This document shows positions 47,501 through 59,114 of a stretch of 64,000 nucleotides of DNA, in pieces. The DNA is from Balanoglossus misakiensis (lineage: Eukaryota > Animalia > Hemichordata). The stretch covers positions 3,060,513 through 3,124,512 of the forward strand of contig CM082588.2 in the NCBI GenBank assembly GCA_040954595.2, read 5' to 3'. The notes under the pieces are model-generated. The model had not been told where the DNA came from, searched no databases, and saw only the letters and a list, made by a program, of their open reading frames with translations. The position numbers were made by a program, and so were the translations under genes. Every line of letters begins with the position of its first letter. Within the stretch, counting starts at the first letter, position 1.

Positions 47501-48513
47501 TCTAAATGTACTTGATGCTTTATAGCATTAATACAGGTCAGTGACATTTGACTGAGGCGAAACACTTGCTAATACTCACCACTGGGCTATAGGTTGTGCC
47601 CCAGGCCACTTTGCTTCTGTCCATATCACGGTTGTAGTAATCAAAAACCTTGTACGACTGGGTAAGGTAATACCTGAAAAAATACACCAATCAAGGAATT
47701 AACAAATTCCCATCAAAATCGGAAAAGATTTAGCATGTGTATATATAATTATTATTCATTCATTTATTTTTAATTTCTTAATTCAGTAACGATACTATGT
47801 ACAAATTATTTGCGTTATTACCTGGTGGAATACATTGCATAGCCGCTGTTGAATTTAAATGAGGCGACTGCACCCACCCCGTCGAATGTATGGGTCATTT
47901 TCCCGCCTTCTTCGGTGTTGCTCTGGTTACCGAATGAGCCAGCGGTCTGGTGTATGAAGTATCCTGAGGAAAGGTTGAGAATGAGTTGATGAACGACTTT
48001 GAAATTCGGCCATTAATAGTCCGCACATTATGTAAACGAGCCTAGTACGTTCAGCATAGTTACTCTGTCGTACACAGTACCAGTGCACAGTTTCTCATAT
48101 CAAAAGGTAATACAAGTCAGAAATAAATCATATTTGTCATTAATATTGACAAAAGGATGGGGCAACGGCAACAGTTTTTGTTGCTATCAACCGACGGAAT
48201 TGTTTGACCATATCTTACTTTGGAGTCCATGCCTGGTAAAGCCTTGCTGTCACAAATGATATCCAGCTATCACGGCTATTTGCACAAAGATTGTGTCACA
48301 AACCCGCGTGCCCAAAACAACGTTCTAAAGGCAGGCTCGTCTTCGCCACTCACCAGAAATCCACTCGGGAACGTTGCCCTTGACCTCGGCTTCTGTATAA
48401 GGATGCTCGCTGCTGATCGTGCCGAAGTACGTGTCCATTATGTTCTCTGGAATATCCCAACTGGTCGCCATGGTGATAACCGCACACAATAGAATTAGCT
48501 TTGAGTGATACAT
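44516..48513 (-). CDS. Carotenoid-cleavage oxygenase family protein (BCO/RPE65/NinaB superfamily), about 572 aa, with predicted signal peptide and GPI-type tail
   Basis: Eleven phase-compatible exons: 48354-48513, 47822-47963, 47580-47673, 47092-47206, 46733-46922, 46309-46517, 45923-46074, 45697-45798, 45263-45460, 44834-44981, 44516-44724 (1719 nt). Family motifs: VKGNVPEWISG, HTFDG, NPNV...AMSE, and EPIFVASPDSNAEDDG. All four Fe-His motifs are present: PAHEH, YMHSFSMTENY, FVTHQLNSYE, PFGLHSKF. Confidence 0.93.
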
Positions 48514-51500
48514 CTTGGTATTGTTTTAAGTCTGAAAAACTCAAAAAGAAATAGGCTTCAGGCTCAATCTTCACCAATTAGCAATGGGGCTAGTGTTTCC
48601 CGCAACTCACCACCAGGCGAATACCTGGTACCTTAAAAACCATGAAGAATATAAAACTTGTGGGCATTGGTTAATTTATGAAGCTGACTTTCATTGTAAC
48701 CAATCAGAATCTTTTTTATCATAATGCCATGTCAAACATTTACATGTAATCAATTTATAAGTCAATTATAACCGTTCACATGATTAAAAACACTAAGATA
48801 AAAACAAGCTTTGCAAATTTAATTAACGATTGTGAAGAACACTCCTTATAGTGATTTAAATATTAAGATATGGTTTCGTAAACTGGGTTAACAAATTTCG
48901 GATTGTGTTGGTGAAATTCCATTTGTTACGCGTCGCGAGAGTTATACTATTTCAGGTCAGCGTTCTTGAACAGCACTTTTAAGACCGACAACAAACACAA
49001 ATTGTCATGACAGAGGGCTAAAAATTATAGAAAGAGCTTTCCAACAATATATAACTCTTTGGACTAAAATGTGAACTTGACCAAGAAATTTGCTGATAAA
49101 GATATGTTATCTCGAACCTGCCACGGTAGATCTGGACCTATATCGGGCCATTGCATAACATTCGTCAAGCACCGTGCGAACATAGATAAGATGTTCCAGT
49201 TTACTGTACCATATACATATAAACCACAAGAAAATAAGTAAGTTCTGGTTACTACAGAGTCGTATATAACATCATCCACACTCACCCTTGGGTTTTCCCA
49301 GCTCTTGTAAGTTGAAACCAACTTGAAAGTTTTGTCAGAAAGCGGCCCCGCTGGTTCGGAATCAAGTTAGTCTGTCGAGTGGCGACTCTAGTGGCACAAG
49401 CACGCAGATATGCGTCCTATATAAGAGACGGCAAGCCCAAAGATGACTCAGCGACAGCAAGCTTACTGTTGACTTACACTCTAATCTGTGAGCTGCCCTA
49501 CTTTTAGATCCCACGACGCATGCCACTTCAATCAATCAATGGAGTGGCCTGGTTTAGGACATTCAGTGTATAGTTGCGAGGTCTGTTCCTCTGTCAGTGT
49601 ATTTTGTCTGTCTGTCTGTCTGTCGCCTAATGAAAGCGAAATGACCTTCACTGAACCTTTCTGTATACCTCCCCATTCTGTTTCTCTACACGTTTCTGTC
49701 CCTCCATATATCTGTGTTAACCCTTTAAGTTAGTGTCTGTCTCTCCGTGTCTCTTTTCTCTATACCAGTACATGTATTCTAATATAATGCCGTAGGATAG
49801 TATTACACTCAGAGTTTAGGTATCTAATATATCTCCTACTGGTTTGGAACATGCAAAAATGCCAGTTAATATTGATGAGCGCGGGTGCTTGATACCGATG
49901 CTGTTTAAAAGGTCAAAAAGTACACCCACAGTCACTTTAAGATGACAGTCACCTGTCGCGTAATGAGAAGATAAGGAGCGGATGATTCGTAAACCAAACC
50001 TTCGGCAAATATGTACAGGAGAGTTTGTTGTCACGACGACGGACAAAACACATACGTAAACAAAACACATTTAAAAGCCAACCTTTTTAGACCGTTGTAG
50101 AATCATGGAAAAGCCAAGCATTTTTATCAAAGACATCGGGGAGAACTTGCCAGTTTTATTCAAAGGCAAAATGTCCTGCCAGATGTGGTCTAAGATTTTG
50201 GTCAGGCCACGATTTCCACAATCGCATGCCCTCACCGTTCAGTGTCAGCGCTCTCATCGCACATCGGTATCCATCACGGATTTCTTACAGGAATGATCTG
50301 TAAGCATGCGCCTGACACTCTCTGGACTCCGTGGAGATAAAGCCCTACCTTCTTATCATTCAACTCTGTTGTGTATTTTCATTTGGATAGATGCCACGTA
50401 CACAAATGAAGCAAACTAAGTAACCGCATCAAATTATCTGCTGCACCTGCAGATTGTGCGCAAACAGTAGTCATAGAAACATGAAAAACACGCCGACCTT
50501 GTTCCTCCCAGTGAAATGTGCACAAAAGGATTTAACTTTCAGAAACGTATGTTATTGGGATGTGTGTTTACTGTATAAAGCGTGTCTTGTGTCTTTATTA
50601 ATGTAAATCACGATTGGAGGTGTTAGGAATTTTTTTGGAAACATTGATAATGCACTTACTATATCCTGATACTGAGATAAACTTTGCGTATTAACTTAGA
50701 ATCTTCGCAGAGGGCAATCAACTTCAGGCGTGACGAATTTTGCACCTGCTATCGATATGCCATTTCGAGTCCAAGGTTATTATTGGACATCTTTATTTTG
50801 ATCCTCGGCAAACACGTCATTCTGTTTAACAGTAATACTGCGGTGAGCGACAAAACGTACCCCTATACACGTTTTCGTTCTTGTAAGTGCTCGTTTGGAA
50901 AAATTGATGCGAATATTGCGTGCGTGACAATGACGTACACATGAACATGATATCCTATCGTTCAGGCGTAGAACACGACCAGAAAAGAAAGAAATAAGAA
51001 AATTCTACTCACACGATATAAGTAGTGCGCTAAATGAAAAAATAAAACACACGCCGTATGATTTATTAACAAACCATCTTGGAATCCTAAATCATTTATA
51101 ATAGTCATCGTCACCACTGCCGCAGGCGATACATAAACTATAAAAAAATACACACTTCAAAGAAACCTGCGTCGTCAATAAAAAAATGAAATTGTATTCT
51201 GCGTTTGTCAAGAAATACGACAGCAAACAATGGAGTATGCCGCAGGCATTGTTATTGTAACTATGATCCTTCTAAGAAAACATTTGGTACCTAACACTGC
51301 AATTTAGCACGCTTTAAGGCAAATATGTTATTCATTCACTATTTCATATATCACCGTGACTGCGCTTGTAAAAGTGTGTCGCGTATGCATTGAGATAGAC
51401 CAAGTTTTTAACTGGGGGTAGACCGTGATTTGTTCGCCAATCAGTCTTTAATTCAATCTTCGGGCGACCTTTCAAGCTTCTTTCAAGCTCTTACAAATGT

Positions 51501-52681
51501 CGTTTGTGTATGGACGAAAAATTAAGCCTCAATCCTTCGCGATAATATTTGCTCTACTACAGTAACCCTTTGAATGAAAAAGAAATACAATCGTGAAAAA
51601 TTCAATGTTCGCTGAAAAGGGGTGACTACATCATCACCTGTTATGGCAATTAGATCACATGCTAATTACAACGGAATATTTACATGTGTTATATAAGTAG
51701 TTACAGGCCCTCGACAGCCAATAGAATTGAGATTTGTCATCGTTCTGAATTTGGGTCGACTCAACTCATCCTTTTTTCCGAACAGTCTTTTAATTTAAAT
51801 ATCATGAGCAATAACGTAGAAGTTATTTGAATATCAAAGCAGTGAATGGGAGGGATTTCAAGGGATTATATTGTATTGAAGCCACATAGTACTCAGTGGC
51901 AGCAGATGACACCGACTTACATCACGGAGAAGACAAGAAGCTATCGGCCTCCTTGAGTGATAGTCCTCCTGCTTTGTCTACGCCGTAGTCGTCACGTAGG
52001 CAACAGCCGACAGATTCTTAGAGAAATTATTAGAGGCAGCTCGACGAGGTATTGACGACTCGTATTCCCAACTCGGAGCAACGGGCAGCGCTACACGCTG
52101 GGAAAAGGGGCGTTCAAACTAGACTTGTATATTCACGGCGGGTGCTATCGATCGACCGTGAAGAGATCTTGAAGTCTTGCGTTGCGTGTTTACCTCGAAG
52201 CGTTTTTTTTTTCATTCAAAGTCTTTCGACGAGCTGATTTTTTTTTTCGGGGGAAACTATTGCGAGGCCGGGTAGAGCAGGAGAGTCGACAGGGACCCGT
52301 AGTCAGTCTTCTGTGCGGCTTGTAGGTGGCCACCCTCGTTTGGAGTACCTGAAGAATTAACGAGGGAAAGGTCGCGGGCCCTCTGCGACGGAGGACCCCG
52401 GCTGTGCCCGACCTTGACGTGACGACTTTTATTGTATTCGTTTGAAAGATTGAGATGTAGTATCGCGTTGGCCGCAGTTTTTTTTACCTGTCCATGTCAA
52501 GCGGCACTCTTAAAAGGCAGCCATCCAATCACTTTCCGGTTCAGTTCAGCCTATCGCTGGAAGCGTGGCAACCCAGATCGCCTTACTCATCAAAACCGTC
52601 GACAGAGACACAAAACCACGCAAAAAAAATCAATCTACCGCCAACGAGCCAGCCTCCTGGCAAATATTATCATCGGGAGAC

Positions 52682-53275
52682 ATGGGGTGTGCCGAATCAA
52701 TTGCCATAGCAACAGATGTCTACAAAAACAAGAAGAATGCGAGTAATTGGAAATTGTCCAAGGCGCCCAAATTCTCACAGGAAGAAGTTCACGAGCTCAG
52801 GAGGACGTGGCCAAAACTGGCCTGTGATGCCACGGGAAACGGGGGACAGGTATTCCTCCACATTTTCTCGACGAATCACTCCATAAAGAATCTATTCCCG
52901 TTCCGCTACGTGCCGAACGACATCCTCTCCAAGAACGAATCGTTTAAGATGCACTCCCGGCGGTTTATGGCTGCTGTCGGCGCCTGTGTGGAGAACCTGG
53001 AATCCCTGGACGGCGAGGTATCGGCCTTGTTCATAGAGTTGGGAAAGAAACACGTCAAATTCGACGGCTTCAATGTGGAGTACTTCACCAGCTACATCGC
53101 CAGCATGCAGTTTGTTTGGGACCTGGAACTGACGGGGCATCATTACACGAACCAGACCAGAGAACTGTGGACAAGTATATTTCAGTTTGTCGTGAACCGG
53201 ATGAAAGAAGGATACGCCATTGCCCAGGAAGAACAGTCGGCAGAAGAAAATAATTCGGAAATCGCAAAAATTTGA
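52682..53275 (+). CDS. Globin X-like / neuroglobin-like globin with N-terminal acylation motif, 197 aa, single coding exon
   Basis: The first in-frame ATG is at 52682 (the track's 52565 start is GTG). The sequence begins MGCAES. Globin landmarks: A-helix LRRTW, CD1 Phe in NLFPF, distal His in FKMHSRRF, proximal His in LGKKHV, H-helix ELWTSIF. Confidence 0.9.
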   Translation: MGCAESIAIATDVYKNKKNASNWKLSKAPKFSQEEVHELRRTWPKLACDATGNGGQVFLHIFSTNHSIKNLFPFRYVPNDILSKNESFKMHSRRFMAAVGACVENLESLDGEVSALFIELGKKHVKFDGFNVEYFTSYIASMQFVWDLELTGHHYTNQTRELWTSIFQFVVNRMKEGYAIAQEEQSAEENNSEIAKI

Positions 53276-55514
53276 GCACAGTACTTTTCTATATGCACAG
53301 AACCCAGTTTCTGTCGAGACTCGATGTCAGTTAAACGAGTCATATAGCCAGCTTAATGTACCAAAAACTGAACACGACCAATGAGACTTATAAAGATCTC
53401 CTTCATGCGTACTTGCACCTTATGCGTGCTCAACGATTTACCTGTTAATTACAGAACCGTTCATATTGAACTATCTAGGAAACGCTTACGTTGACAATAC
53501 CGTGGACCTTGACTATGCAGTCGGACAGACAACGGAACTAATTCATTTGCGAACCTTATATACCAGCCTCGTTAAATGTCGTGACATTCTGCGTGTGCGA
53601 GTAAACAATTTCCTGTAAGTTGTGAGATTTTTCCTAACATTTATTTAAACAAAGGACATGTCAGCAGGACTGGGGGATTCTTCGGTATTCGGATTATCAA
53701 TGTCACCGCGCCAGACGACTTCCAAGGGCTTGCTCATCAGCTGCCCCCCCCCCTCCCCCCCCCACTATGATACACAGAGCACCGCTGGAATCGTGTTGAT
53801 TATTTTCAACCCAAAGTGTGGATTCTGAGCTAAACTGCAATCACAGTACATGTACCATGAGCTGCACGCTCTGACTATCATGATCATAGGGAGCAACAAT
53901 GCCGCTCGTAGTGGGCTCCGCGGAACGTGCCTTATTGCGCCAGGCACATTAGACCTAGATACCGCGACACGGCGTCCATTTACCGCTTATTGGGCTGATT
54001 TTCTGAGAAGTTGCCATGCTTGACGTGATCAATCGCCGAAAACGACGACCCTTTCCCCCGTATACCTATAAGTTGATGATCTGTATAATACATGTAGGTT
54101 GACTGACGGTTGAAAGCATTTGAAACCGTCTATCTATCTAGTATCTATCTCTGCCGATAATGTAATTTTGATGAGAGCACGCTAGCACGTGCTCCTTCTT
54201 GTTTAAATGTCTATATAGTATCTGGGACTAGTATACTCGTTTCGAATAATGACAATGACGCACTCTCCATCTTATCCTTCAACGGAATTGCCATTAACCA
54301 CTGACAACATCAGCATTGAATTTCACATCAATTATCAATTGGTATATTGAAAGTTCAGGTGTGTGTCTTTTTTGCATATTGCGTATCCACTGATAGGTTT
54401 TTTTGACATGCCGAGGCTGTTATTGTGTTTGAAGATTGCATGCAGCGTTGTCTACGTCAGAGTTGTGACGTTGGGTGTCTTTGGGTGTAAATCAATTTCA
54501 TCTCGCCGGGATCTCAGTGAGACACCCGGCGATATTCAGTTAAAAATGCCAGATTTATCATACAACTGCTTGATTTCAACTTTTATTCAGAGTCTGATCT
54601 CAACCTTTGTCTTGATCAGCAATCGTTGTCGTCAGATGACGAGTTTATTCTACAGGGTCAATGTATTCCGCATCAACAATGCAGTTGGTACATATAGTTA
54701 ATTCCAAATTACAATGAAACTGTCGGAAATTGTGAATATCGGATGAGTCATAACGAAAGCGAAAAAATACTATTTTAAGAACGATCGTAAGTTGTAGCAG
54801 AAGATGACGTACGCTTCTCGTACGCATATACGAAGGCTCGCAGATCGTGAACATTTACCCTGCGGTCCCGTGCAATTAAAACACAACCCGACCTTTTGCG
54901 GATGGATCTACTTTAAAACAAAACTGTCAACGTTACCCTGACAAATATCGTCAATTAAAGACCGTTATAGGACACTGGGCCTCCCAGACGATGAGACAGA
55001 GCGATCACTCGGGAGATACGTCTGCCGACAGCGACAATCCGGTAAAAGGATCCATTAGCTTTTCTGAGATCCCCGTTGCGTTGGGTGTACTTCTGAGGAC
55101 AGGCAGCTGTAATTTACCGATTCATTTAAATGTCCAAACAAGAGTGTGTAAATCTTTGAAGGGCCGGTGTATTTCACACGTGTCAGTGCCCAGCGCAGGC
55201 GCAACGCACTACATATTCATCCTATGTACTCTTTAACATGTAAAGTAATTTTTCTGGTAAAAGCAGACCGCCGGTTCGAAAGTGACTCCATATCGGTGTT
55301 TGATTTGTGAGTACAAGCGGGACGGTGTTCTAACTTTATTTGATCTCGTACGTGAAAGTTATCAACACAAATTCAGCCTTTAAAACTGCATACATGTATG
55401 TTCATCACGCACTTCCCTTAATACCGGGGCTTTAGCTGACTGTAACGCAGACGTCATTATCGATCTCGACATGACACGTCGAGTTTCCCCTTTGATGATG
55501 GTTTCCAACACAAG

Positions 55515-55553
55515 ACGACGACGACGATGATAGTGGTGGTGGTGATTATTATT
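55515..55553. repeat. Compound trinucleotide microsatellite (GAC)n(GGT)n(ATT)n
   Basis: Directly visible: gacgacgacgacgatgatagtggtggtggtgattattatta. Confidence 0.75.
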
Positions 55554-57370
55554 ACATGTATCTCTTTCATTTATTGCGAGCTTGCATTCCCACGAACAAA
55601 TGACTGTGAAGTGCAATGGATCGTATGAGGTTATTCAACCGAATAAACTTTGAACACTCTATAAGGACACAATAGAGTACTAGTATATAAAGATGAAATT
55701 TATTGCTTCTCAGTTTGAATTCCCCGTCTAATTTATTGCTGCCATCCTCTTAGCGGCCGTGAATAATGCAGAGAATATGGTTAAAATCGACAACAGGGAA
55801 AGATCTGCGATATAAGCCTCATAGAGTGTATGATGATACCGCGACCATCGTCAACTGAGGGGATCGATCATGTCGGTAAATGATACTCGGCGTCTCAAAT
55901 CTTATTACATTTAAAATGACTACTCCATTTTGACGTGTAGTGTAGTGCTATATCTCTATATCGGAAATCTATCAACATGAAGTAGGCCTATGCTGTTCCT
56001 TCACTGTATTTTCCTTCTTTGAAGTGACCACTGGACAAATGTTTTGATTATTGGAAATGTCCCTGTGTAGTGGATAGTACTTGGAAGCAAATTGCATAGT
56101 CCGGGTTTAGTGCACTGATTTCCCTATTTGATTAGAAGTGCTTTCCTATTTGAACGTTTTTCATGCAGTAATAATTGTTGTGGGCACAGACTAGCGAGTA
56201 GGTGCTGGAACTATGAATACAGACCAGAAAGAAGGGCTAAATCGAAATAAAAAATATTTCGAAATTTTTCAACTTCATGTGGAGACCGCATTGAGGAAAC
56301 GAGGGGAGTGAATTACACTAATCAGATTGGAATTACACTACCCCAGTCACTTTCCGCGCACCAAGAGGATTTCTTCACTACGGACTCGTCGACAGAATCT
56401 TTATTAGGATCTGTGTTTTCAACAAGGTAGATTTCTTAGCGTTTAGAGGTAAAGAGGATTGCCTCTTCGATTCCCAAAAGCAATCAAAGCAGCCGTCAAG
56501 ACGACGGGCAAACCCTCTCAAGTCATCAAAATGTAATTAACGGAATAGCTTTCCTTCTTTGAGTGTCTGTGTCAAGTGGCCAGTGATAGTGTGTTTGTCG
56601 GGCTTCGCGCCGATGAATAAACCCCGTAAGGTCTAAATTGCACGCGTCCTCTTTACTGAACGATGAAGAGAAGTTTTGCCTTGTGGAGGCTTTCTCCTTC
56701 CTTGCGCAACGAGATCTCGAACGTCGTTGGTTCTGACATTCCCGGTGTTGTTTTAAGCTGTATAAACGAGAGAGGCTCAGTTGAACCGTTTTCTTGCAAT
56801 ATACTGCATCATACGTGTATTGCATTACACGTAGCTGGGGCAGGGCGTTCTATGATTCTCGCGTCAACAAGATCAGTCCTGGCTATCTGCGTCATCCGGA
56901 ACGACAGCGTCAATCAATAATATTCATGCGACATATCATACAAGGAAAACGGAAACAGAGAAAGGCCTGTGTTTGGCGATAACGATGCAACATGATCGTT
57001 TAGAACTCGACATATTTTGCTTCCGTGAGTGGGATATGCCATAAAATCAATATTTACATTCTGATTATGTTTCGATATATTTTATATTGGCACTGTTAAG
57101 GGAGCCTCCGTGGTAAATAGTTTCGTACAGCAAAATATATCATATCACAAACGAGTGGTTTTGAAAAGAATATAAAAAGAACTCGTAATATATAAAAAAA
57201 ATACAGTTCACTACAAATATCCATCATTCATTTCATTGTAGATTTACAAATAACATAACTTTTTATCACAAGAGTTTTTTTCCTCTAGGAAAAAAATACT
57301 GAAAACAGCCAAAACTTAGAGTTAGGGTCTACTGGGGCTTTAATCAAGGGAATACAAACAGGCGCATGTC

Positions 57371-58630
57371 CTAGACAGCCTCGTACACGTTTTCAGATGA
57401 CGATTGGCTTTCATGATGTATCCCTTCGTATTGGGAATCTGACTTCTCTGCAGTTAAACCAGCGTAGTGTTCGGATCCTTCTCTCTTGCCGTCTGCTGTG
57501 TCCATCTCGACATTCTCGTACGTCTCTTGGTCCCCTTTGTCCACGATTGCCTGGTCTCCGCTTTTCACTTCTTTTTTCTTGCCTCTTTCCACCCTGCTGA
57601 CACTTTCATCCTGTTGTTTTGTATTTCTGCGCCGAGAATCGAAACACTTCCTTAACTTACCGGAACGGACGAGGAACACCAAGGCAACAACCGCCAGACA
57701 CAACAGAGTAGCAAAAACACCTCCGAAAAAGGCCCCGGCGATAGCTCGGCTGGGGAGATCCTTTTTGTCGCATTTGGACATGATTTGAGAATTCTCGGCC
57801 GTATACGGCGATAATGTGGTCGTGGATGCAGTGGTCATCTTTACAATTGCAGTTCCTTTCTGTTGATTTGTAGAACTCTTAGTCGCAAGCGAAGTCGATG
57901 GCGTGTCCAAGTTAATAACCCCTCGGGCGATGCTGGTGCCATGCTCGTTGGTAGCTTCGCATTTAACAAACAGTTCGTTGCGATCGGTCGGCACTGTTTG
58001 GATCATAAGAGCATCTGGTTGTGGAATCACCACTCTGAAGGCCCCGTTCACGGCGTGTTCGATTTTTGTGTCGTTTATGTACCAATCAAAGTGGGTTAGT
58101 AAGGAAGGTCCGGTGTTAACATGGCAAACACATACCGTAGTCAACAGTTTCGATTCTTCAAAAGTGTACGCTTTCAGGGTAGCCGTTAATGGTCCGGTAT
58201 TGCAAGTGGCATCAGGAGGAATAACGACGGAGAGATTGTAGCTTGAAATCTCTGAAAAGTCCAGGTCACACGTGTACTCTCCTTCGTCTTGCACGGTAAC
58301 ATTTGTAATTATCAAGGTCGCACTTTCGCAGATGAAATCTGAATAATACTTGTCTGGTGAGTATATAAATAAAGTGTTACGGGAGCAATCGTAATACCCA
58401 GCTCGCGGTCCAGCAAAACACGAACATAGCTCTACTCCGGATCTTTTCCATGATATTATGAAATACTCGTCGGGAGGATTGTACCCGTCAAAGGAACAGA
58501 GAAGTGCGGCGTTCTCACCTTCAACCACTCTCACGGTCTCACGTTCAGCTGCGACAACCGACAGGTATGCTGCAGTCAGCAAGAACGCCAAAAGTCCCAT
58601 ACAAAGGGGCACGTGAATGAACTTGGCCAT
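57371..58630 (-). CDS. Type I membrane immunoglobulin-superfamily receptor (V-type plus C-type Ig domains, S/T stalk, TM, tyrosine-motif tail), 419 aa, single coding exon
   Basis: Signal peptide MAKFIHVPLCMGLLAFLLTAAYLSVVAA. Domain 1 has EGENAALLC...ISWKR...ATLIITNVTVQDEGEYTC. Domain 2 has C...FDWYINDT...VKCEATNEHG. These are followed by a Thr/Ser-rich stalk, TM AIAGAFFGGVFATLLCLAVVALVFLV, and cytoplasmic YENV, YAGL, YEGI and YEAV. Confidence 0.9.
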   Translation of the reverse strand: MAKFIHVPLCMGLLAFLLTAAYLSVVAAERETVRVVEGENAALLCSFDGYNPPDEYFIISWKRSGVELCSCFAGPRAGYYDCSRNTLFIYSPDKYYSDFICESATLIITNVTVQDEGEYTCDLDFSEISSYNLSVVIPPDATCNTGPLTATLKAYTFEESKLLTTVCVCHVNTGPSLLTHFDWYINDTKIEHAVNGAFRVVIPQPDALMIQTVPTDRNELFVKCEATNEHGTSIARGVINLDTPSTSLATKSSTNQQKGTAIVKMTTASTTTLSPYTAENSQIMSKCDKKDLPSRAIAGAFFGGVFATLLCLAVVALVFLVRSGKLRKCFDSRRRNTKQQDESVSRVERGKKKEVKSGDQAIVDKGDQETYENVEMDTADGKREGSEHYAGLTAEKSDSQYEGIHHESQSSSENVYEAV

Positions 58631-58817
58631 GGAGACGAGCGAGTAATAGTCTTAGTCTCTTTAGGCTTCACAGTGGAGAATGAATGGAAAGAAATGTTTC
58701 TATTTCCTTGATCCGGGTATTCTTAATCGTGCGCTGTCTCTATTTTTATAAGAGATGTAGACCTCGTTTTGACACTCTGCAGCGTTAAAAGGGGGGCAGG
58801 GAATTGAACCAGACCGT

Positions 58818-58875
58818 CCATCCATCCATCCATTCATCCATCCAACCATCCATCCACCCAAACCCATCCATCCAT
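58818..58875. repeat. (CCAT)n tetranucleotide microsatellite
   Basis: Imperfect ccatccatccat array, directly visible. Confidence 0.85.
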
Positions 58876-59114
58876 CTGCCATATGAAAATACCAGCTAGT
58901 CACCAGGTTTCACAGAGCACCATAAGTAACGGAATGCGCTAATATTTAATTTGCATTGAATGTACAGAGCAAATCTACGTCAGAAGAGACAAGTTTACCA
59001 TCATCACAGTATGTGTTTGATATAATCAGAATTAGGAGCCACATAGGACACCTAAAGCTATGCGGCATCTGACAGTCCTTCCAACGTTGTTTGCTTTCTT
59101 GTAATTAACTGCAA

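Noticed and set aside
49020-49340. Possible decayed DNA-transposon fragment (AAAGAGCTTTCCAACAATATATAA...)
   Set aside because: It looks repeat-like, but I could not identify paired TIRs, a target-site duplication or transposase coding sequence. A repeat-library search is needed.
52565-52681. 39-aa N-terminal extension of the globin given in the ORF track
   Set aside because: It starts at GTG, which is not a normal eukaryotic start. The first ATG at 52682 yields the canonical MGC acylation motif.
53280-57370. Short ORFs between the globin and the Ig receptor
   Set aside because: No domain similarity or phase-consistent exon chain. Probably UTR and intergenic sequence.
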